Source of the DNA: an uncultured Tateyamaria sp.
GTDB lineage: Bacteria; Pseudomonadota; Alphaproteobacteria; Rhodobacterales; Rhodobacteraceae
Direction of reading: 5' to 3'
Length of the DNA: 64,000 nucleotides
Assembly: GCF_947494755.1 (NCBI RefSeq)
Contig: NZ_CANLVZ010000008.1
Location: 50,739 to 114,738 of the forward strand
The translations under genes and the position numbers were made by a program. The notes beneath the pieces were generated by a model. That model was not told the DNA's origin and made no database searches. It saw only the letters and a list, made by a program, of their open reading frames with translations. Position 1 is the first letter of the stretch. Each line of letters begins with the position of its first letter. Positions 9,796 to 19,341 of the stretch are shown piece by piece.

Positions 9796-10806
9796 CTAGT
9801 CGTAGCGCAACTCGGCGGCTTTGCCTTTGAAAACGGTGTAAGCGAGCGCTGTGTACCCTGCGATCATTGGCAGAACGAAAACGGTGCCCACCAGGATGAT
9901 GAACAGACTCTCAGGGGCACTAGCGGCCTCGTAGATCGTGAGCTTTTCCGGCACGACATAGGGATAGAATGAATAGGCCAACCCGCCAAAGGCCAGAATG
10001 AACAGCGTGATGGCGTAAAGAAACGGTGTGCGCGCACCGGCGTCGGTCGCATTGGGCAAGCGGAGCAGCGACCGCCACATCAACAAGACCACGATCCCAG
10101 ACAGGATCGGCAAAGGAGCCAATACGAAGATCTCGGGATATGTAAACCATTTGTCGAAGATGCGCGGGCTTACCAGCGGGGTCGCAAGCGACACAGCCCC
10201 AAGCCCCAGGACGAGCCCCCATATGCCCCCTTTCGCCCAGTCGACCGACTTTGCCTGAAGCGTATATTCTGTTTTCAGGATCAGCCAGCACGCCCCGATG
10301 AAGGAATAGGCCACGGTCAGGAAAACTGCTGTGATCATCGCAAAGGCCCATGTGCCAAGCGTGCTTTCAAGCCCCATGACATATTTGCCCAACATGAAAC
10401 CCTGGCTAAGCGACGTCATCAAAGACCCTGCAAAGAAAAGCCAATTCCATGTCGCCTTATGCGGTGTGGGGGCCTTGACCCGGAACTCAAACGCCACGCC
10501 CCGAAGGATCAGACCGATGAGCATGATCGCCACTGGCAAGTAGAGCGCGGTCAGGATGGTGCCGTGCGCGGACGGGAACGCAACCAGCAGCAGGCCAATC
10601 GCCAGCACCAACCACGTCTCGTTCGCATCCCAGAAGGGGCCGATGGAGGCCACCATGGTGTCCTTTTCATCGTCCGTGGCGAAGGGGAACAGAACCCCGA
10701 CACCCAGATCGAACCCGTCAAGCACAACGTAGACCAGGATCGACACACCCATGAGTGCGGCGAAGGTGAACGGCAGCCATTGTGCCGGATCGCCAAAAAG
10801 CTCCAT
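9796..10806 (-). CDS. cydB: Cytochrome bd-type quinol oxidase subunit II
   Basis: 336-aa polytopic membrane protein immediately downstream of subunit I. Typical CydB/CioB N-terminus (VLDGFDLGVG). Confidence 0.85.
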   Translation of the reverse strand: MELFGDPAQWLPFTFAALMGVSILVYVVLDGFDLGVGVLFPFATDDEKDTMVASIGPFWDANETWLVLAIGLLLVAFPSAHGTILTALYLPVAIMLIGLILRGVAFEFRVKAPTPHKATWNWLFFAGSLMTSLSQGFMLGKYVMGLESTLGTWAFAMITAVFLTVAYSFIGACWLILKTEYTLQAKSVDWAKGGIWGLVLGLGAVSLATPLVSPRIFDKWFTYPEIFVLAPLPILSGIVVLLMWRSLLRLPNATDAGARTPFLYAITLFILAFGGLAYSFYPYVVPEKLTIYEAASAPESLFIILVGTVFVLPMIAGYTALAYTVFKGKAAELRYD

Positions 10807-10811
10807 TTTGC

Positions 10812-12200
10812 TTACTCCGCCGGCACTTGGCGCGCCATCGCTTCGCCCGATTGGGGCGTGCGCGAGCGTGGCACATCACCTGTCACAGCCTTGCGCGCAA
10901 GGAAAAACAGCACGCCGATATAGGCCGTCAACAACAGGACGTAGATCGCCAGATACGCAGTCAGCGTGGTCGCAACGAAAGGCACAGGCACATCAGCCAC
11001 GGCCATTTCCGTCGTCATGACGCCTTGCACCAGCCAAGGCTGACGCCCGATCTCGGTCGTGTACCACCCCGCCAGTGTTGCAACCCAGCCCGAGAACGCC
11101 ATCGGCACCATTGCCAACAGCATGATCTTGGGCAGCGCATCGGGCCCGCGCCGTTTGCGCAGCATCAAGATAGCAGCCGTCCAGCTAAGCAGCAGCATCG
11201 CAATGCCGGTCGCGATCATGATGCGGAACGACCAGAACACTGGGGCGACGGGCGGGTGCAACACCTCGCCATCTTCGGTCACAAAGTCATTCAGACCCGG
11301 CACGATCCCGTCAGCTTTGTGTTTGAGGATGATCGATGCCATGTTCGGAATGCCGATCTCCATGCGATTTTCACGCGCCTCTTCATCGGGCATCGCAAAC
11401 AGGATCAGCGGAATATTGGGGCCAGTTTCCCAGTTTCCTTCCATCGCCGCCACTTTCTGGGGCTGATGCTCAAGCGTATTGAGGCCATGCAAATCGCCCA
11501 TGACGATCTGAACGGGAATCAGCATCGCGCCAAGGAATACACCCGTCTTCAGCGCAGCCCGCAATCCGTCCGAACGGTCGCCAAGCAACCAGCGAAAGGC
11601 GCTGAGACCTGCGATCAGAAACGCTACAGTCAGCCCGGACGCCAGCATCATGTGCATGAACCGATATGGCATGGACGGGTTAAAAATGATCGCAGACCAA
11701 TCGGTCGCAAATGCAATTCCGTCCCGCATTTCGAAGCCTTGCGGCGTGTGCATCCAACTGTTCAGCACGATGATCCAGAATGCAGACATCGTGGTGCCAA
11801 AGGCCACCAGGAAAGTCGCCGTGGTGTGCAGCCAGCCCGGCACCCGCGAAAACCCGAACAGCATGATCCCGAGGAACACCGCCTCAAGGAAAAACGCAGT
11901 CAAAACCTCGTAGGCCAGCAGTGGACCGGCAATGTTGCCGACCGTTTCCATGAAACCAGGCCAATTTGTGCCAAATTGGAAGGACATTGTGATGCCCGAC
12001 ACCACACCCATCGCAAAGGACAGGGCGAACACTTTGACCCAGAACCCGTAGGCGGCCATCCATTTCTTGTCACCTGTCGCGTTGAAGCGCAGTTTGAAGA
12101 ACAAAAGCACCCAACCCAACGCGATGGTGATCGTCGGGAACAGGATGTGAAAGGATATGTTTGCTCCGAACTGAATTCGGGACAGCATGAGGGTGTCCAT
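10812..12200 (-). CDS. cydA: Cytochrome bd-type quinol oxidase subunit I
   Basis: Start trimmed to MDTLMLSRIQFGANISFH, the canonical CydA N-terminus. Polytopic. Confidence 0.85.
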   Translation of the reverse strand: MDTLMLSRIQFGANISFHILFPTITIALGWVLLFFKLRFNATGDKKWMAAYGFWVKVFALSFAMGVVSGITMSFQFGTNWPGFMETVGNIAGPLLAYEVLTAFFLEAVFLGIMLFGFSRVPGWLHTTATFLVAFGTTMSAFWIIVLNSWMHTPQGFEMRDGIAFATDWSAIIFNPSMPYRFMHMMLASGLTVAFLIAGLSAFRWLLGDRSDGLRAALKTGVFLGAMLIPVQIVMGDLHGLNTLEHQPQKVAAMEGNWETGPNIPLILFAMPDEEARENRMEIGIPNMASIILKHKADGIVPGLNDFVTEDGEVLHPPVAPVFWSFRIMIATGIAMLLLSWTAAILMLRKRRGPDALPKIMLLAMVPMAFSGWVATLAGWYTTEIGRQPWLVQGVMTTEMAVADVPVPFVATTLTAYLAIYVLLLTAYIGVLFFLARKAVTGDVPRSRTPQSGEAMARQVPAE

Positions 12201-12317
12201 AGCGGCCTCTCTCGGCGGAAACGGTGTATAACTCGGGTCTTGCTTCAGATATAGGCGGCGCACGGACTAAGTCATTGGGGTGCGACAGCATGCGCACCCC
12301 TTGCGGTGCCAGACGGA

Positions 12318-13667
12318 TCAGGCCGCGCGCAGCCCCGCCTCAAGCCCCGTCAAAATCTGATCCACTTCACTTTCGGTGATGATCAGCGGGGGCGACATCA
12401 GAATGTTGTTACCCCCCAGTCGCACCATCGCTCCTGCCTCGTATGCGGCCTTGTGGATCCGCTTCATCGTTGCAACATCCATCGGGGTTTTGGCGCCGCG
12501 GTCGCTGACGATCTCGACACCTGTCATCAGGCCATGCCCGCCCCGGACATCGCCCACGATGTCGAACCGTTCCATCAGGGTCCGGCAGCCGTCGTACAAT
12601 TGCGCACCGCGCGGCCCGGCGTTGGATTTTGTATCAAGGCGCAGGGTCTCTTCGATACAGGCGGTCACACCTGCGGCACCCACGGGATGGGCGGAATAGG
12701 TGTACCCGTGAAAGATCGCGCCAACGTCGTCGGAACGCTCAAATACCTCGGCCACGGCCTCGCTCATCAAGGCAGCACCAACCGGGAAATACCCGGATGT
12801 GATACCCTTGGCGCAGCACATCATGTCGGGCTGCACCCCCCAATGGCGCGACCCGGACCAATCGCCCGTGCGCCCAAACCCGGTAATCACCTCGTCCGCG
12901 ATCATCAAAATGCCGTGGCGATCACAGATCTCGCGGATCAGCGGCATAAGCGTTTCGTGCGGAACGATCACGCCGCCCGCACCCTGAATGGGCTCCATGA
13001 TAAAGGCAGCAATCGTGCCCGCACCCTGAAACTGGATTTCGTCCTCCATGGCGGCCGCGATGTTCTGTGCCAGCGTTGCGGGGTCGGTTTCATCAAACGG
13101 ATTGCGGTAGGTGTAAGGCGATGGCAGATGGAAACAGCCCGGCAACAACGGCTCATAGGCCACCCGAAACCGATTGTTGCCGTTGACGGATGCCCCACCA
13201 AAATGGGTGCCGTGATAGCCTTTCTTGAGGGACAGGAACTTGGTGCGGGCAGGTTCGCCCTTGATACGGTGATATTGGCGGGCCAGGCGCAAGCAGGTCT
13301 CAACCGAATCCGACCCGCCAGAGGTAAAGAAGACGCGCGCCATCCCATCCGCCTCAAAGAACGAACGCACCGCATAGGACGCCTCAATCGCACGCGGATT
13401 TGTTGAACCGGCAAAGGCCGAATAATAGGGCAGATCATAAAGCTGCTTGGCAATCGCGTCCTTCACCACATCATTGGAATAGCCAAGGTTCACACACCAC
13501 AAACCGCCCACCGCATCGACGGTCTTGTGACCATCGATGTCCTCGATCACCGACCCGTTGGCACTGGTAATGATCGTGGGCGCGTGCGCCATCGCCTCAC
13601 CCGGATGGCCCATCGGATGCCACATGTGACGCGCATTGTTGGCACGCAGGAAATTGTCGTCTTTCAT
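12318..13667 (-). CDS. Class III (omega) aminotransferase, PLP-dependent
   Basis: Start trimmed to MKDDNFLRANNARHMWHPMGHP (ATG at 13667). Class III hallmarks such as FIMEPIQGAGGVIVP and ADEVITGFGRTG. Confidence 0.8.
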   Translation of the reverse strand: MKDDNFLRANNARHMWHPMGHPGEAMAHAPTIITSANGSVIEDIDGHKTVDAVGGLWCVNLGYSNDVVKDAIAKQLYDLPYYSAFAGSTNPRAIEASYAVRSFFEADGMARVFFTSGGSDSVETCLRLARQYHRIKGEPARTKFLSLKKGYHGTHFGGASVNGNNRFRVAYEPLLPGCFHLPSPYTYRNPFDETDPATLAQNIAAAMEDEIQFQGAGTIAAFIMEPIQGAGGVIVPHETLMPLIREICDRHGILMIADEVITGFGRTGDWSGSRHWGVQPDMMCCAKGITSGYFPVGAALMSEAVAEVFERSDDVGAIFHGYTYSAHPVGAAGVTACIEETLRLDTKSNAGPRGAQLYDGCRTLMERFDIVGDVRGGHGLMTGVEIVSDRGAKTPMDVATMKRIHKAAYEAGAMVRLGGNNILMSPPLIITESEVDQILTGLEAGLRAA

Positions 13668-13702
13668 ACCATGGCCTCCGTTCGGTCGATCAATCGGGCC
13701 AC

Positions 13703-13738
13703 AAAAAAAGAAGCAGAGCAAGCGCCCTGCTTCTTTTG
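13703..13738 (-). terminator. Rho-independent terminator after the NCS2 permease gene
   Basis: Stem AGAAGCAG/CTGCTTCT flanked by A- and T-tracts. On the minus strand the hairpin is followed by TTTTTTT. Confidence 0.7.
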
Positions 13739-13797
13739 ACCGAAAATACCGCCGGGGTGCGGGGGGCTGGCCCCCCGTCGACGCCCGCCGCAGGCGA

Positions 13798-15117
13798 TCA
13801 GACCTCGTCGGGCAGAACCAGATTGAGGAAAATGGCGACCATCGCCGTTGGGGCCACCGCACTTGTCATCAGCGTCTTGACGACACCGGGCAGGTACTGC
13901 ACCGCCGTGGGCACAAGGTTCAGACCCAGACCCGCCGCCAAGGACACCGCGATAATGACCATGTTGCGACGATTCATCTTGACCTCGCTAAGCACGTTCA
14001 AACCCGCGGCAGCCACCATGCCGAACATGACGATCACACCACCACCCAGCACGGGCAACGGCATGGAGGCGATTACGGCACCGACCTTGGGGATCAAACC
14101 GCACAGGATCAGCACCAGCGCACCAATGGTCACGACGTGGCGCGACATGATGCCGGTCATGCCGACAATCCCGACGTTCTGGCTGAACGAGGTGTTGGGC
14201 AAACCGCCGAACACAGCAGCGACCGCTGTGCCCAGACCATCCGCATAGGTGGCACCTGCGATCTCCTTGTCAGTCGCTTCACGCCCGGCACCCGCCTTGG
14301 TCGTGGCGGAAGCATCGCCGACCGTCTCGATGGCCGAAACGATGGACACGAGGGTCACGGCAATCACGGCCCCAAGGCTGAACTCAAACCCGTAAGGAAG
14401 CGGTTGCGGTGCCAAAAACAGCGCCGCATTGCCCACAGCGGAAAAGTTCACCATGCCAAAGATCATCGCGAGGATGTAGCCGACAACCAACCCGATCAGG
14501 ATGGCCGCGTTGCTGATGATGCCCTTGGTAAAGAACTTCAGCACAAGGGCCACGACCACAACGCTCAGGGCCACAGACCAGTGCATGAGCGAACCAAAGC
14601 TTTCCGCCTCCATCTGGAAACTCGCCGCCCCGCCCGCTGCATATTTAATCGCGACCGGAATGAGGTAGAGACCAATGGCCAGAATGACGAGCCCGGTGAT
14701 CAGCGGCGGAAACAGCCACCGCAGATGCTGAATGAACGCGCCGAGGCAGAAATGGATTGCGCCACCGATCAGGCAGGCGGTCAGCGCCACGCCCATCCCT
14801 TGGGTCGCGGCAATCCCGGCCAGCACGCCCACAAAGGCAAAGCTGGTACCTTGCATGATGGGCAGACGCGCGCCGACGGGGCCGATCCCGACAGTCTGAA
14901 ACAGCGTCGCAATCCCGGCAAACAGCATCGCCATCTGGATCAGATAGACCTGCTCAGGGCCGCCAAAGGCCAAGCCTGCCGCACCGGCGACGATAATCGA
15001 GGGGGTCACGTTCGAGGCGAACATCGCCAGCACGTGTTGCAATCCCAGAGGCACGGCTTCGTGCAACGGGGGCGTGTCATTGGGGTCCGAAAAGGCCCCG
15101 GTCGTCAAATCAGTCAT
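13798..15117 (-). CDS. Nucleobase:cation symporter-2 (xanthine/uric acid permease) family
   Basis: 439-aa polytopic protein. N-terminus LGLQHVLAMFASNVTPSIIV is typical of NCS2. Lies in a purine catabolism context. Confidence 0.85.
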   Translation of the reverse strand: MTDLTTGAFSDPNDTPPLHEAVPLGLQHVLAMFASNVTPSIIVAGAAGLAFGGPEQVYLIQMAMLFAGIATLFQTVGIGPVGARLPIMQGTSFAFVGVLAGIAATQGMGVALTACLIGGAIHFCLGAFIQHLRWLFPPLITGLVILAIGLYLIPVAIKYAAGGAASFQMEAESFGSLMHWSVALSVVVVALVLKFFTKGIISNAAILIGLVVGYILAMIFGMVNFSAVGNAALFLAPQPLPYGFEFSLGAVIAVTLVSIVSAIETVGDASATTKAGAGREATDKEIAGATYADGLGTAVAAVFGGLPNTSFSQNVGIVGMTGIMSRHVVTIGALVLILCGLIPKVGAVIASMPLPVLGGGVIVMFGMVAAAGLNVLSEVKMNRRNMVIIAVSLAAGLGLNLVPTAVQYLPGVVKTLMTSAVAPTAMVAIFLNLVLPDEV

Positions 15118-15161
15118 GGATATGTCCCTGTTCTCAGCCGTCTTCCTGCGGCTGGCCGGGA

Positions 15162-15650
15162 CTATGAGACCACAACATATGGCGGATCAAGGAAAAACTC
15201 CTCTAGATTGGGCGTCTCGCCAATCCGATCCACAACTGCAAACAAACCGGGCAGATGCAGCGGGGTCAAAACCCCGTGCCATACGCCGCGATGAATGTTG
15301 ACGCCTTGGCCCGGCGCGCTCAGGAACGCTTGCGGCACCCCCGGCCTGGCATTCTCATCCGGGGCGACGGTCACTAGAAACCCATGCTGTGACATGGGGA
15401 CAAAGGCCTGACTGCCCTCGGGGTGTCGTTCCAGCAGATCAAGGGTGTAGGGCAGGCTGCGAGGCTGCGCCTGAAACAGGCTGATCCCGCCGCGCTCATC
15501 GCCGAAATCCAGACGCGCCCGGTCGTGATAGCGCCCGCACATCCCCGCATTGATGATCTTGTCCGGCGCGCCAGCGCACTCAAGCACATCCCCGAACGGC
15601 GCAAAGGCGGCGGCCGTCAGCGGCGCGCACGTGATCTCAAAGCGGGACAT
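15162..15650 (-). CDS. allA: Ureidoglycolate lyase
   Basis: 162 aa. LTAAAFAPFGDVLE N-terminus and the size fit AllA. Sits in the purine cluster. Confidence 0.8.
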   Translation of the reverse strand: MSRFEITCAPLTAAAFAPFGDVLECAGAPDKIINAGMCGRYHDRARLDFGDERGGISLFQAQPRSLPYTLDLLERHPEGSQAFVPMSQHGFLVTVAPDENARPGVPQAFLSAPGQGVNIHRGVWHGVLTPLHLPGLFAVVDRIGETPNLEEFFLDPPYVVVS

Positions 15651-16440
15651 GCCGGTTCACGTCCTTATAAAGCAGATATCGAAACGGTCCGTCGCCCGTC
15701 GCAATGCAGGCCTGCGGGCAAAACGCGCGCAACCACATGAAATCACCGGGGCCAACGCTGACCCAATCCGTATTCAGCAGATACGCCGCTGTCCCTTCAA
15801 GCACATAAAGCCCGTGTTCCATCACATGCGTTTCGGCAAAGGGAATGCGCCCTCCGGGCTGAAAGGTGACGATATTGACGTGGAAATCATGGCGCAGGTC
15901 GGCAGGATCAACAAAGCGGGTCGTGGCCCACTTGTCGGTGTTGGGCATGACGGTGGGTACAATGTCACGGTCATGGGTCACGAAAGCGGTTGGGGCCGCT
16001 ACCCCTGCTGCCGCCACATAGCGCTTGCGCACCCAATGGAACTGGCACCCTTGGTCGCCCGCCCGCACGGCCCAATCCGTCCCAGCGGGAATGAAGGCAT
16101 AGCTGCCCGCCTCAACAGAATGAAGCTCGCCACCAATCGTCAGGGTCGCCGTACCGCTCGCGACAAGCAGGACCGACTGCGCTGTCTCGTCCACCTCCGG
16201 GGTCTCACTGCCACCACCCGCCGCCAATTCGACGGCATATTGCGAAAACGTCTCGGCAAAGCCGGACAGGGGGCGGGCGAGCACCCACATGCGCATGCCG
16301 TCCCATCCGGGCAGGAACGAGGTGACTATATCGCGCTGTGTGACCGCCGGGATCACTGCATAGGCGGTGGTGAACACGGCCGTGCCCTCGGGCGAAACAC
16401 TTTGATCCGGCAGACCCCCAGGCGGAAATGCGTAGGTCAT
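15637..16440 (-). CDS. (S)-ureidoglycine aminohydrolase-like bicupin
   Basis: 267 aa with two cupin halves. Located between the allantoinase and allA genes. Confidence 0.7.
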   Translation of the reverse strand: MTYAFPPGGLPDQSVSPEGTAVFTTAYAVIPAVTQRDIVTSFLPGWDGMRMWVLARPLSGFAETFSQYAVELAAGGGSETPEVDETAQSVLLVASGTATLTIGGELHSVEAGSYAFIPAGTDWAVRAGDQGCQFHWVRKRYVAAAGVAAPTAFVTHDRDIVPTVMPNTDKWATTRFVDPADLRHDFHVNIVTFQPGGRIPFAETHVMEHGLYVLEGTAAYLLNTDWVSVGPGDFMWLRAFCPQACIATGDGPFRYLLYKDVNRHVPL

Positions 16441-17858
16441 CCCAAAGCCTCCAACCGCAGCCGCGCGATACGTTCAACCTGCTTGCAGGCCTCGGCAAAT
16501 TCGGTGGAGGTGTCATTGCCGATACGCCGCTCAAACGCACGCAGGATACCCGCTTTGTCGTGATCCTTGACCGCGATGATGAAGGGAAAACCATGTTTGG
16601 CCACATAGGCGCTGTTTTGCGTGTCGAACTGGTGTCGTTCCTCATCCGTCAGCGCATCAAGGCCTGCGCTGGCCTGTTCGGCGGTGCTGTCTTCGGTCAG
16701 CCGCTTGGCCGCGGCCAGCTTCCCGGCAAGGTCCGGGTGGGCGCGCAGGACCTCCATCCGTTTGTCGTCAGAGGCTACGCGGAACACGCGACACAGCGCA
16801 TTGTGAAGCCCTTGGGCGGTGTCATGGGCGGGGCCAAGCTCCAGCGCGTGCGCGCCCTCGGCCACCCAAGTGGAATGCTCAAAGATGCCACCGAACTTTT
16901 CAACAAACGCCGCGCGGTCCAGCTGATGCCAATTGGTGCGCCGCTGCGGCGGATGATGTGCACCCCAATGCGCCGCAATGTCCGCCCGGCGCGCACACCA
17001 AACGCCCTCGTGCCCCTGCACGTACTCGATAAACCTGCGCAGCGCCTGCACCCGACCGGGCCGGCCTACCAGACGGCAATGTAGACCAATGCTCATCATC
17101 GCAGGCCGCCCAGCTTTGCCTTCGGCATAAAGTGCGTCAAAGCTGTCGCGCAGATATGCAAAGAACTGATCGCCCGCGTTGAAGCCTTGCGGTGTGGCAA
17201 AGCGCATATCGTTGCAATCCAGCGTGTACGGAATAATCAATTGATCGCGCCCATCGATCTGCGCCCAATACGGAAGATCATCATCATAGGTGTCGCTGAT
17301 CCAGTCAAAGCCCCGCGTCGCCGCCAGCGCCACCGTGTTGACGGAACAGCGGCCAGTATACCAGCCCGTTGGCGGCTCCCCAGTCACCTCAGTGTGCAGC
17401 GCGATGGCAGCGTCCATATCGACGGCCTCATCCGCCTCGGAATGGTCCTTGTAGTCGATCCATTTCAGCCCGTGGCTTGCGATTTCCCAATCCGCGTCCT
17501 GCATCGCCTCGACCTGTGCCGGGCTGCGGGCCAAGGCGGTCGCAACCCCATAAACCGTCACAGGCACGCGCGTTTCGGTAAACAACCGATGCAATCGCCA
17601 GAAGCCGGCGCGGGTGCCGTAGTCATAGATGCTCTCCATATTCCAATGCCGCTGACCGGGCCACGGGGTCGCGCCGACGATTTCGGACAGAAACGCTTCG
17701 GATGCGGGATCACCGTGGAGGATGCTGTTCTCACCCCCCTCTTCGTAGTTCAACACAAAGGACACCGCGATGCGCGCACCGCCCGGCCAGGCCGCATCGG
17801 GGCGATCAGGGCCATGCCCGTAAAAGTCGCGCGGGTAACGAGGCGGCAATTCGGCCAT
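16437..17858 (-). CDS. puuE: Bifunctional PuuE-type allantoinase (polysaccharide deacetylase fold) / OHCU decarboxylase
   Basis: Start trimmed to MAELPPRYPRDFYGHG (ATG at 17858). The N-terminal about 300 aa are PuuE-like (VSFVLNYEEGGENS). The C-terminal about 165 aa are UraD-like (AHPDLAGKLA...GFPFIIAVK). Confidence 0.8.
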   Translation of the reverse strand: MAELPPRYPRDFYGHGPDRPDAAWPGGARIAVSFVLNYEEGGENSILHGDPASEAFLSEIVGATPWPGQRHWNMESIYDYGTRAGFWRLHRLFTETRVPVTVYGVATALARSPAQVEAMQDADWEIASHGLKWIDYKDHSEADEAVDMDAAIALHTEVTGEPPTGWYTGRCSVNTVALAATRGFDWISDTYDDDLPYWAQIDGRDQLIIPYTLDCNDMRFATPQGFNAGDQFFAYLRDSFDALYAEGKAGRPAMMSIGLHCRLVGRPGRVQALRRFIEYVQGHEGVWCARRADIAAHWGAHHPPQRRTNWHQLDRAAFVEKFGGIFEHSTWVAEGAHALELGPAHDTAQGLHNALCRVFRVASDDKRMEVLRAHPDLAGKLAAAKRLTEDSTAEQASAGLDALTDEERHQFDTQNSAYVAKHGFPFIIAVKDHDKAGILRAFERRIGNDTSTEFAEACKQVERIARLRLEALG

Positions 17859-17920
17859 GGACTTCCCTTTGAGATCGGAGTGAGATGCAGGCAATCTGAA
17901 AGATACGGGGGGCATATGCA

Positions 17921-18280
17921 ATGGCGGCGGGCTATCTGACGACACATGTACTGGACACCGCGCGCGGGATGCCTGCGGCGGGGATCAAGATCGCGCTTTA
18001 TCGGGTGTCGGGCAATTCGCACCGCAAGATTGCCGAGGTCGAGACGAATGCGGATGGGCGCACCGACGCGCCGATCTTGCCCGCTGGTAAGATGGAGGTC
18101 GGTCACTACGAGTTGGTGTTCTTTTGTGGTCCGTATCTGGACGCACAAGGGCTAAACGGGGACGCCGTCAAATTCCTTGAGAATATCCCGATCCGCTTTG
18201 GCATCACGGATAGAGAGGCGCATTATCATGTGCCGCTGTTGCTGTCTCCTTACGGATATTCCACCTATCGCGGCAGCTAG
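17921..18280 (+). CDS. uraH: 5-hydroxyisourate hydrolase (transthyretin-like)
   Basis: 119 aa. [16 protein letters not shown] at the N-terminus and the C-terminal YSTYRGS signature. Confidence 0.9.
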   Translation: MAAGYLTTHVLDTARGMPAAGIKIALYRVSGNSHRKIAEVETNADGRTDAPILPAGKMEVGHYELVFFCGPYLDAQGLNGDAVKFLENIPIRFGITDREAHYHVPLLLSPYGYSTYRGS

Positions 18281-18303
18281 GGCGCAGGACACCTGCGCCT
18301 TAC
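18281..18303. repeat. REP-like hairpin, family 1
   Basis: GGCGCAGG-ACA-CCTGCGCC + TTAC, between convergent uraH and GNAT. The GNAT TAA stop lies inside the repeat. Confidence 0.7.
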
Positions 18304-18797
18304 CCCCCTTCAAATGCGGCATGGAACGCGACTTGGCCCTGCGGTTCTTTGCCTGACAAGACAAGCCGCTGAAAATAGGGGCTGGGGGCATCACCGTACC
18401 ACAGCGTATCCACAGACCGAAACCCAAAGCGGGCATAGTAATCGGGACTGCCAAGCAGGAAAACGCATTCAGCGCCCACACCCTTCAAGCGCTCGATCCC
18501 CGTGCGGATCAATGCATCGCCAATTCTCTGGCACTGATGCGCGGGGGCAACCGCAACGGGGCCGAGGCCGAACCAAGGCCCGTCTTGCCCATCGACCGCG
18601 ACCTGGGAAAAGGCTGCATGACCGATGATTTCGTCCTCTTCGACCGCGACCAATGACAGCGTCAGCGCATTGTCGGCACGCATCGCATTGATGATCCCGC
18701 CCTCGCTCCCGTCGCTAAAGGACATCGGCGCAAAGGCGGATTGGGTCAGGGCGTAGATGGCGTTGACCTCTTCGGGGCGTTCGTCACGAATGATCAT
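18300..18797 (-). CDS. GNAT family N-acetyltransferase
   Basis: Start trimmed to MIIRDERPEE. Acetyl-CoA motif region VAPAHQCQRIGDALI. Confidence 0.7.
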   Translation of the reverse strand: MIIRDERPEEVNAIYALTQSAFAPMSFSDGSEGGIINAMRADNALTLSLVAVEEDEIIGHAAFSQVAVDGQDGPWFGLGPVAVAPAHQCQRIGDALIRTGIERLKGVGAECVFLLGSPDYYARFGFRSVDTLWYGDAPSPYFQRLVLSGKEPQGQVAFHAAFEGG

Positions 18798-19341
18798 CTG
18801 TCGCCTCCAGCAGAGTAATATGTGCGGTGCCGAATTTGCGGCTATCGACAGTCTTGTATCCGGGCGGGGGCAGCATAGTCGTGCTTTCCTCCCATACAAT
18901 CAGGGCACCCGGGGCCAGCGATCCGCCCGCCGCCGCCAACGCAGGCGCGCCAAGACCTTTGCCATAGGGCGGATCAAGGAACACGAGGTCAAAGAGGGGC
19001 GGCGGCAACGCACCCAGCCTCGTCGCATCACTGCGCAAGACATGGGTGATGTGTCGGGCATCGAGCTTGGCGATATTCTCGGCAATGAGACGCTGGCCGG
19101 CGCGTCCGTTTTCCACAAAGACAGCCGACGCGGCACCGCGCGACAATGCCTCAAGCCCCAATGCCCCCGTTCCCGCAAACAAATCCAGCACCCGCGCGCC
19201 CTCAACAGCGCCGCGACTGCCAAGCATGGAAAACAACGCCTCGCGGACCCGATCAGGAGTGGGGCGCAGATGGGCAGCCACGTCGCCTTTGCCTACATTG
19301 GCCAGAGGCACACCGCGCCATCGTCCTGCAATTATCCTCAC
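18784..19341 (-). CDS. rsmD: 16S rRNA (guanine966-N2)-methyltransferase RsmD
   Basis: 185 aa. MRIIAGRWRG..., SAM motif DLFAGTGALGLEALSRGA and DPPY motif. Confidence 0.85.
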   Translation of the reverse strand: MRIIAGRWRGVPLANVGKGDVAAHLRPTPDRVREALFSMLGSRGAVEGARVLDLFAGTGALGLEALSRGAASAVFVENGRAGQRLIAENIAKLDARHITHVLRSDATRLGALPPPLFDLVFLDPPYGKGLGAPALAAAGGSLAPGALIVWEESTTMLPPPGYKTVDSRKFGTAHITLLEATDDHS

